Assembly (NCBI GenBank): GCA_044337515.1
Contig: JBIINK010000001.1
Span: forward strand, 109,840 to 141,839
Reading direction: 5' to 3'
Length of the DNA stretch: 32,000 bases
Source of the DNA: Sphingobacteriales bacterium
GTDB taxonomy: Bacteria; Bacteroidota; Bacteroidia; Sphingobacteriales; Sphingobacteriaceae
Below the pieces are notes generated by a model. The model had not been told where the DNA came from and ran no database searches. It saw only the letters and a program-made list of their open reading frames with translations. Positions 1-9,274 of this stretch are shown piece after piece; the stretch's first letter is position 1; every line of letters starts with the position of its first letter. The translations under genes were made by a program, and so were the position numbers.

Positions 1-29
1 CGTTAACATTAAAAACATTTAAAATTAAC

Positions 30-1244
30 ATGATGCGTAAAATCACCAATCTTCTATTTTTACTTTTAGTAATATCAGTAGGTATTTCAAATGCTCAAAC
101 TGAGCCAACAGTAGTGAAGCCCAAAACTGCAAAATCTTGGTACGAGTCCATTTCTATTCGTGGATATGCTCAAGTACGTTACAATAGATTATTGGAAACA
201 AATGGGAAATTGAAATGCGAGCAGTGCGATAAAAGTTGGGGTGATAATGGTGGAATATTTCTTCGAAGAATGAGGATTATTTTATATGGACAAATTAGCA
301 AACGTGCTTATGTTTATATCCAACCAGATTTTGCAAGTTCAGCATCTTCTACTGGTCTTCATTTTGCTCAATTAAGAGATGCGTATTTCGACTTAGGCTT
401 AGATGATAAAAATGAATTTAGAGTTCGTTTAGGGCAAAGTAAAATTCCTTTTGGTTTTGAAAATATGCAGTCAAGCCAGAATCGCCTACCGCTTGACAGA
501 AATGATGCTTTAAACAGTGCAGTTAGCAACGAACGCGATTTAGGTGCATTTTTTTACTGGGCACCTGAAAATAAAAGAAAACTATTTTCCTCTTTAGTTA
601 AAGACGGATTAAAAGGTTCAGGAGATTATGGAATATTTGCTTTTGGTTTTTATAATGGACAAACGGCGAATAAACCTGAGCAAAACAACGATTTACACGT
701 AGTTTCAAGAATTACGTATCCATTTGAAGTTGGTTCACAAATAATTGAAACTTCTTTGCAAGCATATTCTGGAAAATATGTGGTTACTTCTGATCAAGTT
801 TCTGCAACTGTTGGTGTATTAAAAGATAGAAACTATACGGATAGAAGAGCTGCTGCATCATTTGTTTTATACCCTAAACCTTTTGGTATTCAAGCTGAAT
901 ATAATATTGGAGAAGGTCCAGAGTTTAATAAATCAACAGACTCTATAGAGGTTCAGAAATTAAGTGGAGGTTATGTTACATTATCTTACATGACTAAATT
1001 CAAAAATCAAATTTTTATACCATTTACTAGATATCAACATTTTGATGGAGGTAAAAAACATGAATTAGATGCAAGAAGTTATAATGTTGATGAACTTGAA
1101 TTAGGTGTAGAATGGCAACCGAATCCATCATTCGAATTGGTAACGATGTACACAATTTCTAAACGTCGATTTGAAGATTTTAAATTAAGAGATAATATTC
1201 AAAGTGGTAATTTATTAAGATTACAAGCTCAGATTAATTTCTAA
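30..1244 (+). CDS. Outer-membrane porin, phosphate-selective porin O/P-like
   Basis: 404-aa ORF with an N-terminal signal peptide (LLFLLLVISVGISNA/Q). Beta-strand-like alternation runs throughout and the C-terminus is aromatic (QAQINF). Motifs SIRGYAQVRYN and RVRLGQSKIPFGFEN match my recollection of OprO/OprP-type porins. A strong terminator follows. Confidence 0.6.
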   Translation: MMRKITNLLFLLLVISVGISNAQTEPTVVKPKTAKSWYESISIRGYAQVRYNRLLETNGKLKCEQCDKSWGDNGGIFLRRMRIILYGQISKRAYVYIQPDFASSASSTGLHFAQLRDAYFDLGLDDKNEFRVRLGQSKIPFGFENMQSSQNRLPLDRNDALNSAVSNERDLGAFFYWAPENKRKLFSSLVKDGLKGSGDYGIFAFGFYNGQTANKPEQNNDLHVVSRITYPFEVGSQIIETSLQAYSGKYVVTSDQVSATVGVLKDRNYTDRRAAASFVLYPKPFGIQAEYNIGEGPEFNKSTDSIEVQKLSGGYVTLSYMTKFKNQIFIPFTRYQHFDGGKKHELDARSYNVDELELGVEWQPNPSFELVTMYTISKRRFEDFKLRDNIQSGNLLRLQAQINF

Positions 1245-1288
1245 TATATTTAGTAGTCTTTTTTAGGCTTATAAAATAAATTTTACAT

Positions 1289-1323
1289 AAAAAAGCCTTT
1301 CCGATTTTCGGGAAGGCTTTTTT
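1289..1323. terminator. Rho-independent terminator between convergent genes (A-run / 10-bp stem / T-run)
   Basis: agcctttccg (1293-1302) pairs with cgggaaggct (1308-1317) around a 5-nt loop. It is flanked by aaaa upstream and tttttt downstream, so it could act in both directions. Confidence 0.8.
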
Positions 1324-1344
1324 GTTTAATATGTTAATTGATTA

Positions 1345-1364
1345 ATATGCTGATATGCTAATGG
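1345..1364. repeat. Octamer array of the agcat family, reverse orientation (atgctgat atgctaat)
   Basis: Two 8-bp units read directly. Same word family as 2221-2256, 2608-2642, 3091-3182 and 24262-24297. Confidence 0.6.
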
Positions 1365-1365
1365 A

Positions 1366-2181
1366 TTATTTGTAGAAGATTTTGGTTAAAGTTTGGTAGT
1401 TATCTCGATAAGATTTTTCAAAAAAAGATTGAGTTTCTGGAAATAGTAAATAAGAATAGGTGGTTAGTCCATATGGTGGTGTTCCATCGTAGAGGTATTC
1501 CATTTTTTCAACAAGGTTTTTAGATGCTCTGCCATATCTTAAGTGAGGGGATAAGTTATAGCAATTATAATCTAATGGATTTTCAATAAGACCATACTGA
1601 AAATTGGTGTTAGAACTTCCCATTAGTTCATTATGCCTAAATTCTTTAGATATAACTGCATTAAGGTTACCTTCAACCCATTTATAATAATAATTTCTAA
1701 TTGATTTAATAGGCATTTCTCCAGCATTGCTAAGACGTATGCTTTTACTGTAGTTTAAATAGTTGTTGTCATCATATTGATAAAAAACACTATCATACTC
1801 CGTAGAATTATTAAAACGTTTTACATACCTAATTACAAAATGATTGGAATTGAATTGATATTCATTAGTAATGATATTGTCTAAATTATTTTCTATTATG
1901 ACTAAATTATAACCTGTCGATTGATAGGTTTTTAATGTTGTAGGTACTAAGTTTTCTTGCCCTTCAACTCGTTCATACCATTGTTCTGTAGAATTTCTTT
2001 TGTCTTCAGAATAAGTAAATTTCTTAGCAAATACTGGTATTGTATCTAGATTTGCAGTTAAGCTATATAATACAACACTATCAATATCTTTTCCGCTAAA
2101 ATAAGTTACACCGACACTTTCCTCCTTAGTGCAACCTAAAAACAAAACAGAAATAACAAGTGCAAGATACCTCATTATCAT
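1366..2181 (-). CDS. Hypothetical lipoprotein
   Basis: 271-aa ORF with a lipobox-type N-terminus (LALVISVLFLGC/TKEE). No family recognised. Confidence 0.55.
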   Translation of the reverse strand: MIMRYLALVISVLFLGCTKEESVGVTYFSGKDIDSVVLYSLTANLDTIPVFAKKFTYSEDKRNSTEQWYERVEGQENLVPTTLKTYQSTGYNLVIIENNLDNIITNEYQFNSNHFVIRYVKRFNNSTEYDSVFYQYDDNNYLNYSKSIRLSNAGEMPIKSIRNYYYKWVEGNLNAVISKEFRHNELMGSSNTNFQYGLIENPLDYNCYNLSPHLRYGRASKNLVEKMEYLYDGTPPYGLTTYSYLLFPETQSFFEKSYRDNYQTLTKIFYK

Positions 2182-2220
2182 TTTTGAGATTTGAAAACAT
2201 TTATAAATTATCTCTATTTA

Positions 2221-2256
2221 ATTAGCATGCCAGCATATTAGCATACTAGCATATTA
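2221..2256. repeat. Octamer array NNNagcat x4, forward orientation
   Basis: attagcat gccagcat attagcat actagcat, read directly in the spacer between two minus-strand genes. Confidence 0.8.
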
Positions 2257-2258
2257 AC

Positions 2259-2570
2259 CTATGCTTGCGCAGTTGGTCCGCCGAAGTTCATCGGGAATGC
2301 AGTTTGCTCTTCTAGTTTTACTTTGCCGTGTACATCTTCATACTTGCGAATGTTATCAGCTAATGCCGACATTAATCTTTTCGCATGTTGAGGAGTTAAG
2401 ATAATTCTTGATTTTACTTTTGCCTTTGGCACACCTGGCATCATACGAATAAAATCGATAATGAACTCCGCATTTGAATGTGTGATGATAGCTAAATTAG
2501 AATATATCCCCTCTGCAATTTCCTCACTTAATTCAATGTTAATTTGGTTTTGATCTACTTGTTCTTCCAT
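2259..2570 (-). CDS. DUF3467-family protein
   Basis: 103-aa ORF. IELSEEIAEGIYSNLAIITHSNAEFIIDFIRMMPGVPKAKVKSRIILTPQHAKRL matches the conserved core I recall for DUF3467. Confidence 0.7.
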   Translation of the reverse strand: MEEQVDQNQINIELSEEIAEGIYSNLAIITHSNAEFIIDFIRMMPGVPKAKVKSRIILTPQHAKRLMSALADNIRKYEDVHGKVKLEEQTAFPMNFGGPTAQA

Positions 2571-2607
2571 GATAATGATTAATTTATTAGTGACAAATAT
2601 AATAGTT

Positions 2608-2642
2608 AGTATGCTGATTTGCTAATATGCTAGTATACTGGT
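2608..2642. repeat. Octamer array atgctNNN x4, reverse orientation of the agcat family
   Basis: atgctgat ttgctaat atgctagt atactggt, inverted relative to the arrays at 2221-2256 and 3091-3182. Confidence 0.75.
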
Positions 2643-2992
2643 TAATGCGAAGCATTTTTTTTAGCGGTGGAGATTGATTTTGATAATATTTTTTGAATCG
2701 ATAAGACATCATCAAAGAGCTCTTTGTTTAATTCTAAGTACTCTTTATCTCTTATAACATTAAGCTAATAAGAGGTTTCATTTGCTTCTTTTGATGCAAT
2801 TTTTAACTTATGTATAAAATCATTTGAGCTTTCGGAATGCATCGATTCACTTACATTTGCAGCAATTGAGGTTGCAGACTTGGATATTTGATTCGCAATG
2901 AATTTCAATCCCAGTTTTTCTAACTCTTGCCCAATATCAAGAGCCTTCAAGCTAAACTTGTAGCTTATATTGTATAAAATAGATTCTTTCAT
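2642..2992 (-). pseudogene. Four-helix-bundle protein (23S rRNA intervening-sequence protein family) interrupted by an in-frame TAG
   Basis: The 75-aa ORF 2765-2992 ends ...KLKIASKEANETSY then TAG (2765-2767). The same frame continues LNVIRDKEYLELNKELFDDVLSIQKILSKSISTAKKNASH to TAA at 2642-2644. Total is 351 nt, or 117 codons including both stops, which is the normal family size. The TAG sits where the family has a conserved Trp (E-x-x-Y-W-L). Confidence 0.65.
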
Positions 2993-3090
2993 AAAGCAAA
3001 ACTATTTGAAAGAATCTACCTACACAACTGCATTTAAGCAGGTTTTTTTATCATCCTTAATATATCATCCTGCATTTATCAGTATTAGAC

Positions 3091-3182
3091 ACCAGCATAT
3101 TAGCATACCAGCATATTAGCACACCAGCATACTATCATATTAAAACATCAGCATACTATCATATCAGCATACTAGCATATTA
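3091..3182. repeat. Long octamer array of the agcat family, about 11 units, forward orientation
   Basis: accagcat attagcat accagcat attagcac accagcat actatcat attaaaac atcagcat actatcat atcagcat actagcat. It ends at the stop codon of the adaptor gene. Confidence 0.85.
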
Positions 3183-4340
3183 ATCCTCGCTCTTATTCTT
3201 CATCGCCATCAATATCTTATACGACCCTGCATCAACAATTTTAGCTTGTTTTAATTCTTCAGATGGATCTACAATCTCAATAAATGGTTTCTCTGAAACA
3301 CCTGTGGTTACTGGGTACAACTCGAATGTTGAATCGTTTTGTGCAACTACTAAGTAGTTTTTGTTTTCATAACGAATTACAGAACTTTCTTTTACCACCA
3401 TTGATTTTTTTAATGCTGATTCTACTTCAACATTCATAAACATACCTGGTATTAATTGGTGGTCTTCTTTTTCAAAATGACAATGAACATCAATTGCTTT
3501 GTTCTCATTTAATCCTCTGCCTACTAAAATTATTTCAGCATTGTATTTTACATCCGGGTGTTCATTGGTAAATGCAACAACCTTTTGCCCAACTGCTATA
3601 TATGGAATATCTTTTTGGAAGATTTGAATGTTTAAATGAATGTCGTTCGGATTAATTAATTCGAACATTACATCATTCGAGCTAATGTATTTACCTACGT
3701 TAACATTTACTTTAGAAATATATCCATCAATAGGAGAGTGTATCTCCATGCGTGAACTAATTTTTTCGGCAGTGAATTTTTGTGGGTCGATGCCAATTAA
3801 TTTTAATTTTTCTCCATACGAGCGAACTTGTATTTCAAGAATTTCCACATTGCTTTTCGATTCTAAGTATGTCTTTTCTGCAATTGCTTTTTCTGTATAC
3901 AATTCTTTTTGTTTCTTGAAATCAATTCTAGCAAGCTCCATTTTGTTCTTTGCGCTTAAGTAGTCCTGTCCCATTTGTATGTATTGTTGATCTTCCAGTA
4001 CAGCAAGTAATTCTCCTTTTCTTACTTTCAAACCTGGAAGTAGTTCGGTGTACTTAAGATAACCGCCGAATGGAGCAGATATATTCACTAAACTTTGTGG
4101 TGGCACATCTATACTTCCATTTGCACGTATGATGTTTCCTAAGCTTCGTTCTTCGATTTTAATAATACTCATTGGAATGTTAGAAAGTTGAGTTTTATTT
4201 AAAATGATAACGTCTTCACTAGCCACAACTTTAGCATCTGTTGCTGTTGGTTCTTTTGATTGGCAGGCTTGCAATGCAATGCCTAATACAATTAGATATA
4301 ATATATTTCTTTTCATGATAGTTCGATTCTTAAAGTTCAT
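3180..4340 (-). CDS. Efflux RND periplasmic adaptor subunit (HlyD/CzcB-like membrane fusion protein)
   Basis: 386-aa ORF with a lipoprotein-type signal (GIALQAC/QSKE). It has coiled-coil and beta-barrel MFP-like organisation. It overlaps the upstream RND pump gene by 11 nt, which suggests an operon. Confidence 0.75.
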   Translation of the reverse strand: MNFKNRTIMKRNILYLIVLGIALQACQSKEPTATDAKVVASEDVIILNKTQLSNIPMSIIKIEERSLGNIIRANGSIDVPPQSLVNISAPFGGYLKYTELLPGLKVRKGELLAVLEDQQYIQMGQDYLSAKNKMELARIDFKKQKELYTEKAIAEKTYLESKSNVEILEIQVRSYGEKLKLIGIDPQKFTAEKISSRMEIHSPIDGYISKVNVNVGKYISSNDVMFELINPNDIHLNIQIFQKDIPYIAVGQKVVAFTNEHPDVKYNAEIILVGRGLNENKAIDVHCHFEKEDHQLIPGMFMNVEVESALKKSMVVKESSVIRYENKNYLVVAQNDSTFELYPVTTGVSEKPFIEIVDPSEELKQAKIVDAGSYKILMAMKNKSED

Positions 4341-7300
4341 TGTTCAATACTTTTAATTCGGTAAAATGTTGCAAACTTTGTTGGTACAAGTTCATGTACA
4401 TATCGTATGTACTTAATGTTTGATTGATATACATGGCCCAGTTCAAATAACTTATGTTCCCTTTATCTGTTTGCATCTGCGATGATTTCACAGCGTTTAG
4501 CATATTGGGTATTACATCCGATTTGTATTTCATTAGCAGTACTTGCTCTTCTTTACACAAGTTCGATAATCTATTTTTTTCTAACAATAATCGATCGGTT
4601 TCGTACTCGTAATTTGTTCTACTTTTCTCCCAATTTGCTTTAGCAATTTTATTTTTCGAATGCTGTGAGCCAAAAAATATCGGCACACTTAATCCTGCAC
4701 TAACAAATTGAAAACGATCTGATGATGTTGCTGGGTTCCCAGAAAGTATAGTGCCTTTCATACTTTGATTCGTATAGCCTAATCGAATGTCGGGCATTAA
4801 TTTAGATCGTTCTGTTTTCCAAGAGTACTCGTAACTCAATTGCTCCGCTTTTAAGCGTTGTAAGAAGTATGAATTAATCTCTTTGTTCTGTTCTATACCT
4901 TCATTGAAAAACGAAAGTGATGCATCAGGACTTAAATTATTTTTTTCACCTAATAACCAATTGAATTTTTCTTGATGAGATGCTAAAGTAACTTTACTAA
5001 GTTGAAGTTCTTTTTGAATGTTTAGGAATGCATTATCCAACATCGATTTTTCCATAGGGTCAATCAATCCCTTTTCGAATTGCAAATCAGCACTTCTCTT
5101 GCTATTGCTGAGTTGTTCGTACACACTGCTCAGGAACTTTACTTTCTCCGTTAACAAGTTTATCGAATGAAATTGAAAATACAATTCAGAAAGCACCTCT
5201 TGTTTTTTCATTTCTGTTTGTGCTGTTAATACATCTTTTTGATTAGAAATGTATTTTGAATTATTGACATAATACGTAGGGAAATGAAAGCTTTGCGATA
5301 CCGAATACGACATATCTTTTTCATTCGAGTTATATTGTCCTTGCTGTATTGATAAATCTGTTTTAGGAATTTCGTAGCCTTGAGCTTTGCTATTCCTTAC
5401 CGTATATAGATAATCAGATTCAGCTTTTAGCAAACTATTTTGTTGCAGAACTTTTGTTTTTGCATCAGTCCAAGTGATAGTTTTTTGTGCATTAGCTACA
5501 TTACCAATTAATAAAAATACAAGTAGAAATATCGCTACCGTATTTTTTGTTTTACTATGTTTCTTCACTTCGCGTTTTGCAAAACCTGCATACAATACTG
5601 GTAATACAAATAGAGTTAAAAGTGTTGCAGTAATTAAACCACCAATCACTACGGTTGCTAGTGGGCGTTGAACTTCTGCACCTGCACCATCACTAATGGC
5701 CATAGGTATAAAACCTAATGATGCTACTGCTGCTGTCATAAGTACCGGACGTAATCTAATTTTTGTTCCTTGTATTACAATTTTGTGAGCATCATGCCAT
5801 CCTTCTTTTCGTAGTCTGTTAAACTCAGCAATTAATACAATACCATTTAATACAGCTACCCCGAATAAGGCAATGAATCCAATACCTGCTGAGATACTAA
5901 ACGGCATACCACGAGAACTCAGTGCAAACACACCACCAATAGCGGATAATGGAATTGCTGAGAAAATTAAAATACTTTGTTGTAAAGATCCAAATGCAAA
6001 ATACAACATCAATAAAATCAATAATAAGGATAAAGGAACGGCAATAGCTAAACGTTTTTTAGCAGCTTCTAAGTTTTCAAATGCACCGCCATAACTAACA
6101 GTATAACCCGTTGGCATTTTTATGTTTGCATTCACTTTCCCTTGTAACTCTTGAACGATACTTTGCACATCTCGACCACGAACATTGAAACCTATGATGA
6201 TTCTTCGTCGTGCATCTTCTCGTTGTATTTGATTTGGTCCATCAATAATATCAATACTAGCTAATAAACGAAGTGGGATAGAAGCTCCATTTGCAGTTGG
6301 AATTAATAAATTCTCTAAACTTCCCATATCGTTTTTGATGGATGCATCCATACGTACTACTAAATCGAATTGCTTTTCTCCTTCATAAATTTTCCCGCTC
6401 ACATCACCAGCATACGCTGAACGTACAATATGATTAAGCTCATTTATATTAACTCCATATTGAGCCATTGCTTCTCTTTTATATTGAATAACGATTTGAG
6501 GCATCCCTCCAATGGCTTCTATGTATAAGTCTTTCGCGCCATCTACAGTATTAATCACATCTCCTAATTGATGTGCATATGCGGCTAAAGTATCGAGGTC
6601 TTCGCCAAATATTTTACAAACCACATCTTGACGAGCGCCAGTCATTAATTCATTGAAACGCATTTGAACTGGGAACTGAAATCCAGCGGTTACTCCTGGG
6701 ATGTTTGCAATTTCTGCACTCATTTTTTCTGCAAGTTCATCGTATGTTTTTGCACTAGTCCATTCTTTTTTATTTTTAAGAATCACCATCATATCACTTG
6801 CCTCTATTGGCATAGGGTCGGTCGGTATTTCCCCACTTCCTATTTTTGTAACTACTTTTTCTACTTCTGGGAATTTTTCTAAAAGTATTTTTGCAGTAGC
6901 TTGTGTAGTTTGAATGGTGGTATTTAAATTACTACCCGTAAGTACACGGGTATCAACCGCAAAATCTCCTTCTTCTAATTCAGGAATAAATTCCCCACCC
7001 ATATTTGCTAAAATAATTATTGCGATAACAAATGCGCTAAAGGCAGCAATTACGGCAGTCTTTGGGTAACCCAAAACTTTGGTAAGTGCAGCTTGATAAA
7101 ATCTTTCAATTTTTATCATTACACGATCTGAAATATTCGGTTCGTGTTTTAATTTTTTACTGATAAATAGCGAGCTCATCATCGGCACATAAGTAAGCGA
7201 CATAATGAATGCCCCAAGTAATGCGAATGCAACAGTAGATGCCATAGGACCGAACATCTTACCTTCAATTCCTTGTAATGAAAATATAGGAAGATAAACT

Positions 7301-8682
7301 ACTAAGATGATGATTTGTCCAAACACCGCAGAGTTCATCATTTTTGATGCGGAACCATTTACTTCCGTATTCATCTCTTCTTGTGTGAGGGAGGTAATTC
7401 CGCTAAATCGTTTGGAGTGACTGAGCTGATGCATAATGGCCTCCACAATGATGACGGCTCCATCTACTATCAAGCCGAAGTCGATGGCTCCTAAGCTCAT
7501 TAAATTGCCACTCACACCAAATAAATTCATCATGATGATGGCGAATAACATGGCAAGTGGAATAACAGATGCAACGATTAATCCCGCTCTTAAATTTCCT
7601 AAGAAAATCACGAGTACGAAAATTACAATCAGTGCTCCTTCAATTAAGTTTTTTTCTACGGTACCAATTGCATTGCCAACCATTTTACTACGATCGAGGA
7701 AAGCTTCTAATTCAATGCCTTCGGGTAATGTTTTTCGAATCTCTTCAATTCTGTTTTTAACATTTACAATTACTTCTGAAGAGTTAGCACCTTTCAACAT
7801 CATTACTACAGCACCTGCTACTTCTCCTTCGGCATTATAACACATCGCACCATAGCGAATGGCTTCAGAGAATTGAACTTTCGCCACATCACGTATTCGC
7901 AATGGATTTCCATTCGAATTGTTTTTAATCACCACGTTCTCTATGTCCTTGAAATTTTTCAAAAGACCTTCAGATCGTATATATAATATCCCTTCACCAC
8001 GCTCAATGTAAGCTCCGCCTGTATTGGCGTTGTTGGTATTTATGGCATTGAACACATCTGTAATGGTTACTCCATTGGCATGTAATTGTGCTGGGTTGAT
8101 ACTAACTTCGTATTGCTTTAATGAACCTCCAAAGCTCGACACATCTGCAACACCTTTTACCCCGATTAATTGTCGGCGGATAACCCAGTCTTGTATGGTT
8201 CGTAAATCAGCTAAAGAGTATTTGTTTTCATATCCTTTTTTCGGACGAACAACGTATTGATAAATTTCACCTAAACCGGTGGTTACAGGAGCAAGCTCCG
8301 GATTGCCAACACCATTCGGTAAATCATTTTGTACTTTTAATAAACGCTCCGCGATTTGTTGCCTAGCCCAGTAAATATCTACATCGTCTTCAAAAACAAT
8401 GGTTACTAGCGATAATCCAAATCGAGAAAAACTTCTGATTTTTTTTATGCCAGGGATATTACTATTGGCTTGCTCTATTGGGAAGGTTATTAATCGTTCA
8501 ACGTCAGGCGCCCCAAGTGCCGGACTAATCGTAATAATTTGTGCCTGATTATCTGTAATATCTGGTACAGCATCAATTGGCAGTCGAGTCGCTTCGTAAA
8601 TACCCCAAACAATTAAGCCTAAGGTAAAAAGTGCGATTATCAGTTTCTGACGAACAGAAAATGAAATAATAGCATTTAACAT
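4330..8682 (-). CDS. CusA/CzcA-family heavy-metal RND permease fused in frame to a TolC/CzcC-like outer-membrane factor
   Basis: 1450-aa ORF. The N-terminal ~1038 aa look like CzcA (MLNAIISFSVRQKLII...RLPIDAVPDITDNQAQIIT..., 12-TM RND layout). Residues from V1039 read (V/M)KKHSKTKNTVAIFLLVFLLIGNVANA/QKTITW..., followed by ~390 aa of TolC-like heptad-rich sequence. Confidence 0.8.
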   Translation of the reverse strand: MLNAIISFSVRQKLIIALFTLGLIVWGIYEATRLPIDAVPDITDNQAQIITISPALGAPDVERLITFPIEQANSNIPGIKKIRSFSRFGLSLVTIVFEDDVDIYWARQQIAERLLKVQNDLPNGVGNPELAPVTTGLGEIYQYVVRPKKGYENKYSLADLRTIQDWVIRRQLIGVKGVADVSSFGGSLKQYEVSINPAQLHANGVTITDVFNAINTNNANTGGAYIERGEGILYIRSEGLLKNFKDIENVVIKNNSNGNPLRIRDVAKVQFSEAIRYGAMCYNAEGEVAGAVVMMLKGANSSEVIVNVKNRIEEIRKTLPEGIELEAFLDRSKMVGNAIGTVEKNLIEGALIVIFVLVIFLGNLRAGLIVASVIPLAMLFAIIMMNLFGVSGNLMSLGAIDFGLIVDGAVIIVEAIMHQLSHSKRFSGITSLTQEEMNTEVNGSASKMMNSAVFGQIIILVVYLPIFSLQGIEGKMFGPMASTVAFALLGAFIMSLTYVPMMSSLFISKKLKHEPNISDRVMIKIERFYQAALTKVLGYPKTAVIAAFSAFVIAIIILANMGGEFIPELEEGDFAVDTRVLTGSNLNTTIQTTQATAKILLEKFPEVEKVVTKIGSGEIPTDPMPIEASDMMVILKNKKEWTSAKTYDELAEKMSAEIANIPGVTAGFQFPVQMRFNELMTGARQDVVCKIFGEDLDTLAAYAHQLGDVINTVDGAKDLYIEAIGGMPQIVIQYKREAMAQYGVNINELNHIVRSAYAGDVSGKIYEGEKQFDLVVRMDASIKNDMGSLENLLIPTANGASIPLRLLASIDIIDGPNQIQREDARRRIIIGFNVRGRDVQSIVQELQGKVNANIKMPTGYTVSYGGAFENLEAAKKRLAIAVPLSLLLILLMLYFAFGSLQQSILIFSAIPLSAIGGVFALSSRGMPFSISAGIGFIALFGVAVLNGIVLIAEFNRLRKEGWHDAHKIVIQGTKIRLRPVLMTAAVASLGFIPMAISDGAGAEVQRPLATVVIGGLITATLLTLFVLPVLYAGFAKREVKKHSKTKNTVAIFLLVFLLIGNVANAQKTITWTDAKTKVLQQNSLLKAESDYLYTVRNSKAQGYEIPKTDLSIQQGQYNSNEKDMSYSVSQSFHFPTYYVNNSKYISNQKDVLTAQTEMKKQEVLSELYFQFHSINLLTEKVKFLSSVYEQLSNSKRSADLQFEKGLIDPMEKSMLDNAFLNIQKELQLSKVTLASHQEKFNWLLGEKNNLSPDASLSFFNEGIEQNKEINSYFLQRLKAEQLSYEYSWKTERSKLMPDIRLGYTNQSMKGTILSGNPATSSDRFQFVSAGLSVPIFFGSQHSKNKIAKANWEKSRTNYEYETDRLLLEKNRLSNLCKEEQVLLMKYKSDVIPNMLNAVKSSQMQTDKGNISYLNWAMYINQTLSTYDMYMNLYQQSLQHFTELKVLNNEL

Positions 8683-8685
8683 ATG

Positions 8686-8713
8686 TAAATTCTAAATTTT
8701 AAATTCTAAATTA
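8686..8713. repeat. Heptamer array taaattN x4 abutting the RND pump start codon
   Basis: taaattc taaattt taaattc taaatta, beginning 4 nt from the ATG (complement of 8680-8682). Confidence 0.7.
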
Positions 8714-8758
8714 TTTATCTGTACAAAGTACAATGTAAATTGTATTAAGTACAAGTTT

Positions 8759-8814
8759 CGAGTTACGAACTACGAGTTTCGAGTTACGAACTACGAGTTA
8801 CGAGTTACGAAATT
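8759..8814. repeat. Heptamer array cgaNNtN x8, with a higher-order 21-bp unit
   Basis: cgagtta cgaacta cgagttt cgagtta cgaacta cgagtta cgagtta cgaaatt. It overlaps the last codons and stop of the ORF ending at 8798. Confidence 0.8.
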
Positions 8815-9187
8815 TAGGTGGTTGGAATATTTCCTCTAGGAACTGATCGCCTAGTAGAGGGGAGTGGTATTGTGTTACTTGATTATTCGTTTCTACGTAA
8901 GGAGTTACAATGCAATAGTCATTATTGTGAATTTTGTCGACTTGAGCGATGATTAACTTACAATCGTTATGCGATTTAAAGGGTAATTTTTGGTCTTCTT
9001 TAAAATCATCATCAACTACAGTAGCCTTTACATAATGTATATTGATAAAATCTAGTATGCTTAGGTTGTCAGCATTTTTATGCTCTATATAATGAGAAAT
9101 AAAATTCCCTAACTTCAATAGCTCAGAAGCTTCTGTGGTTCCTAATAAGTAGAAACTAATGGCGATATAGGTGATGATTTTCTTCAA
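8798..9187 (-). CDS. Small His/Asp-rich, N-terminally anchored hypothetical protein upstream of the RND operon
   Basis: The ORF track gives 8798-9268, but the ORF has no ATG at all. The TTG at 9187 would give MKKIITYIAISFYLLGTTEA..., a hydrophobic anchor or signal. Motifs HYIEHK, INIHY and LPFKSHND resemble small proteins I recall upstream of czc-type operons in Bacteroidota. The start is uncertain. Confidence 0.4.
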   Translation of the reverse strand: MKKIITYIAISFYLLGTTEASELLKLGNFISHYIEHKNADNLSILDFINIHYVKATVVDDDFKEDQKLPFKSHNDCKLIIAQVDKIHNNDYCIVTPYVETNNQVTQYHSPLLGDQFLEEIFQPPKFRNS

Positions 9188-9274
9188 CAATTCAAAAATA
9201 GTAAAAAATGGCTCAAAATTGGTTTCAAGTAATATGAAATAAACTGAACAGGGATTTTTAGCCCCCAAACAAGA

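Noticed and set aside
3091-3182. Possibility that the tandem arrays (here and elsewhere) are CRISPR arrays
   Set aside because: Units are only 7-11 bp and directly abutting, with no unique spacers. There are no cas genes in the window.
3640-3963. 107-aa plus-strand ORF inside the adaptor-subunit gene
   Set aside because: It is antisense to a well-supported MFP gene and shows no motif or signal.
5474-8260. Seven plus-strand ORFs (5474-5671, 5873-6094, 6664-6882, 6701-6913, 7436-7840, 7569-7760, 8024-8260) inside the RND pump gene
   Set aside because: They are antisense shadow ORFs within a long, clearly homologous minus-strand gene. Their composition is hydrophobic or low complexity, they have no recognisable motifs, and some overlap each other.
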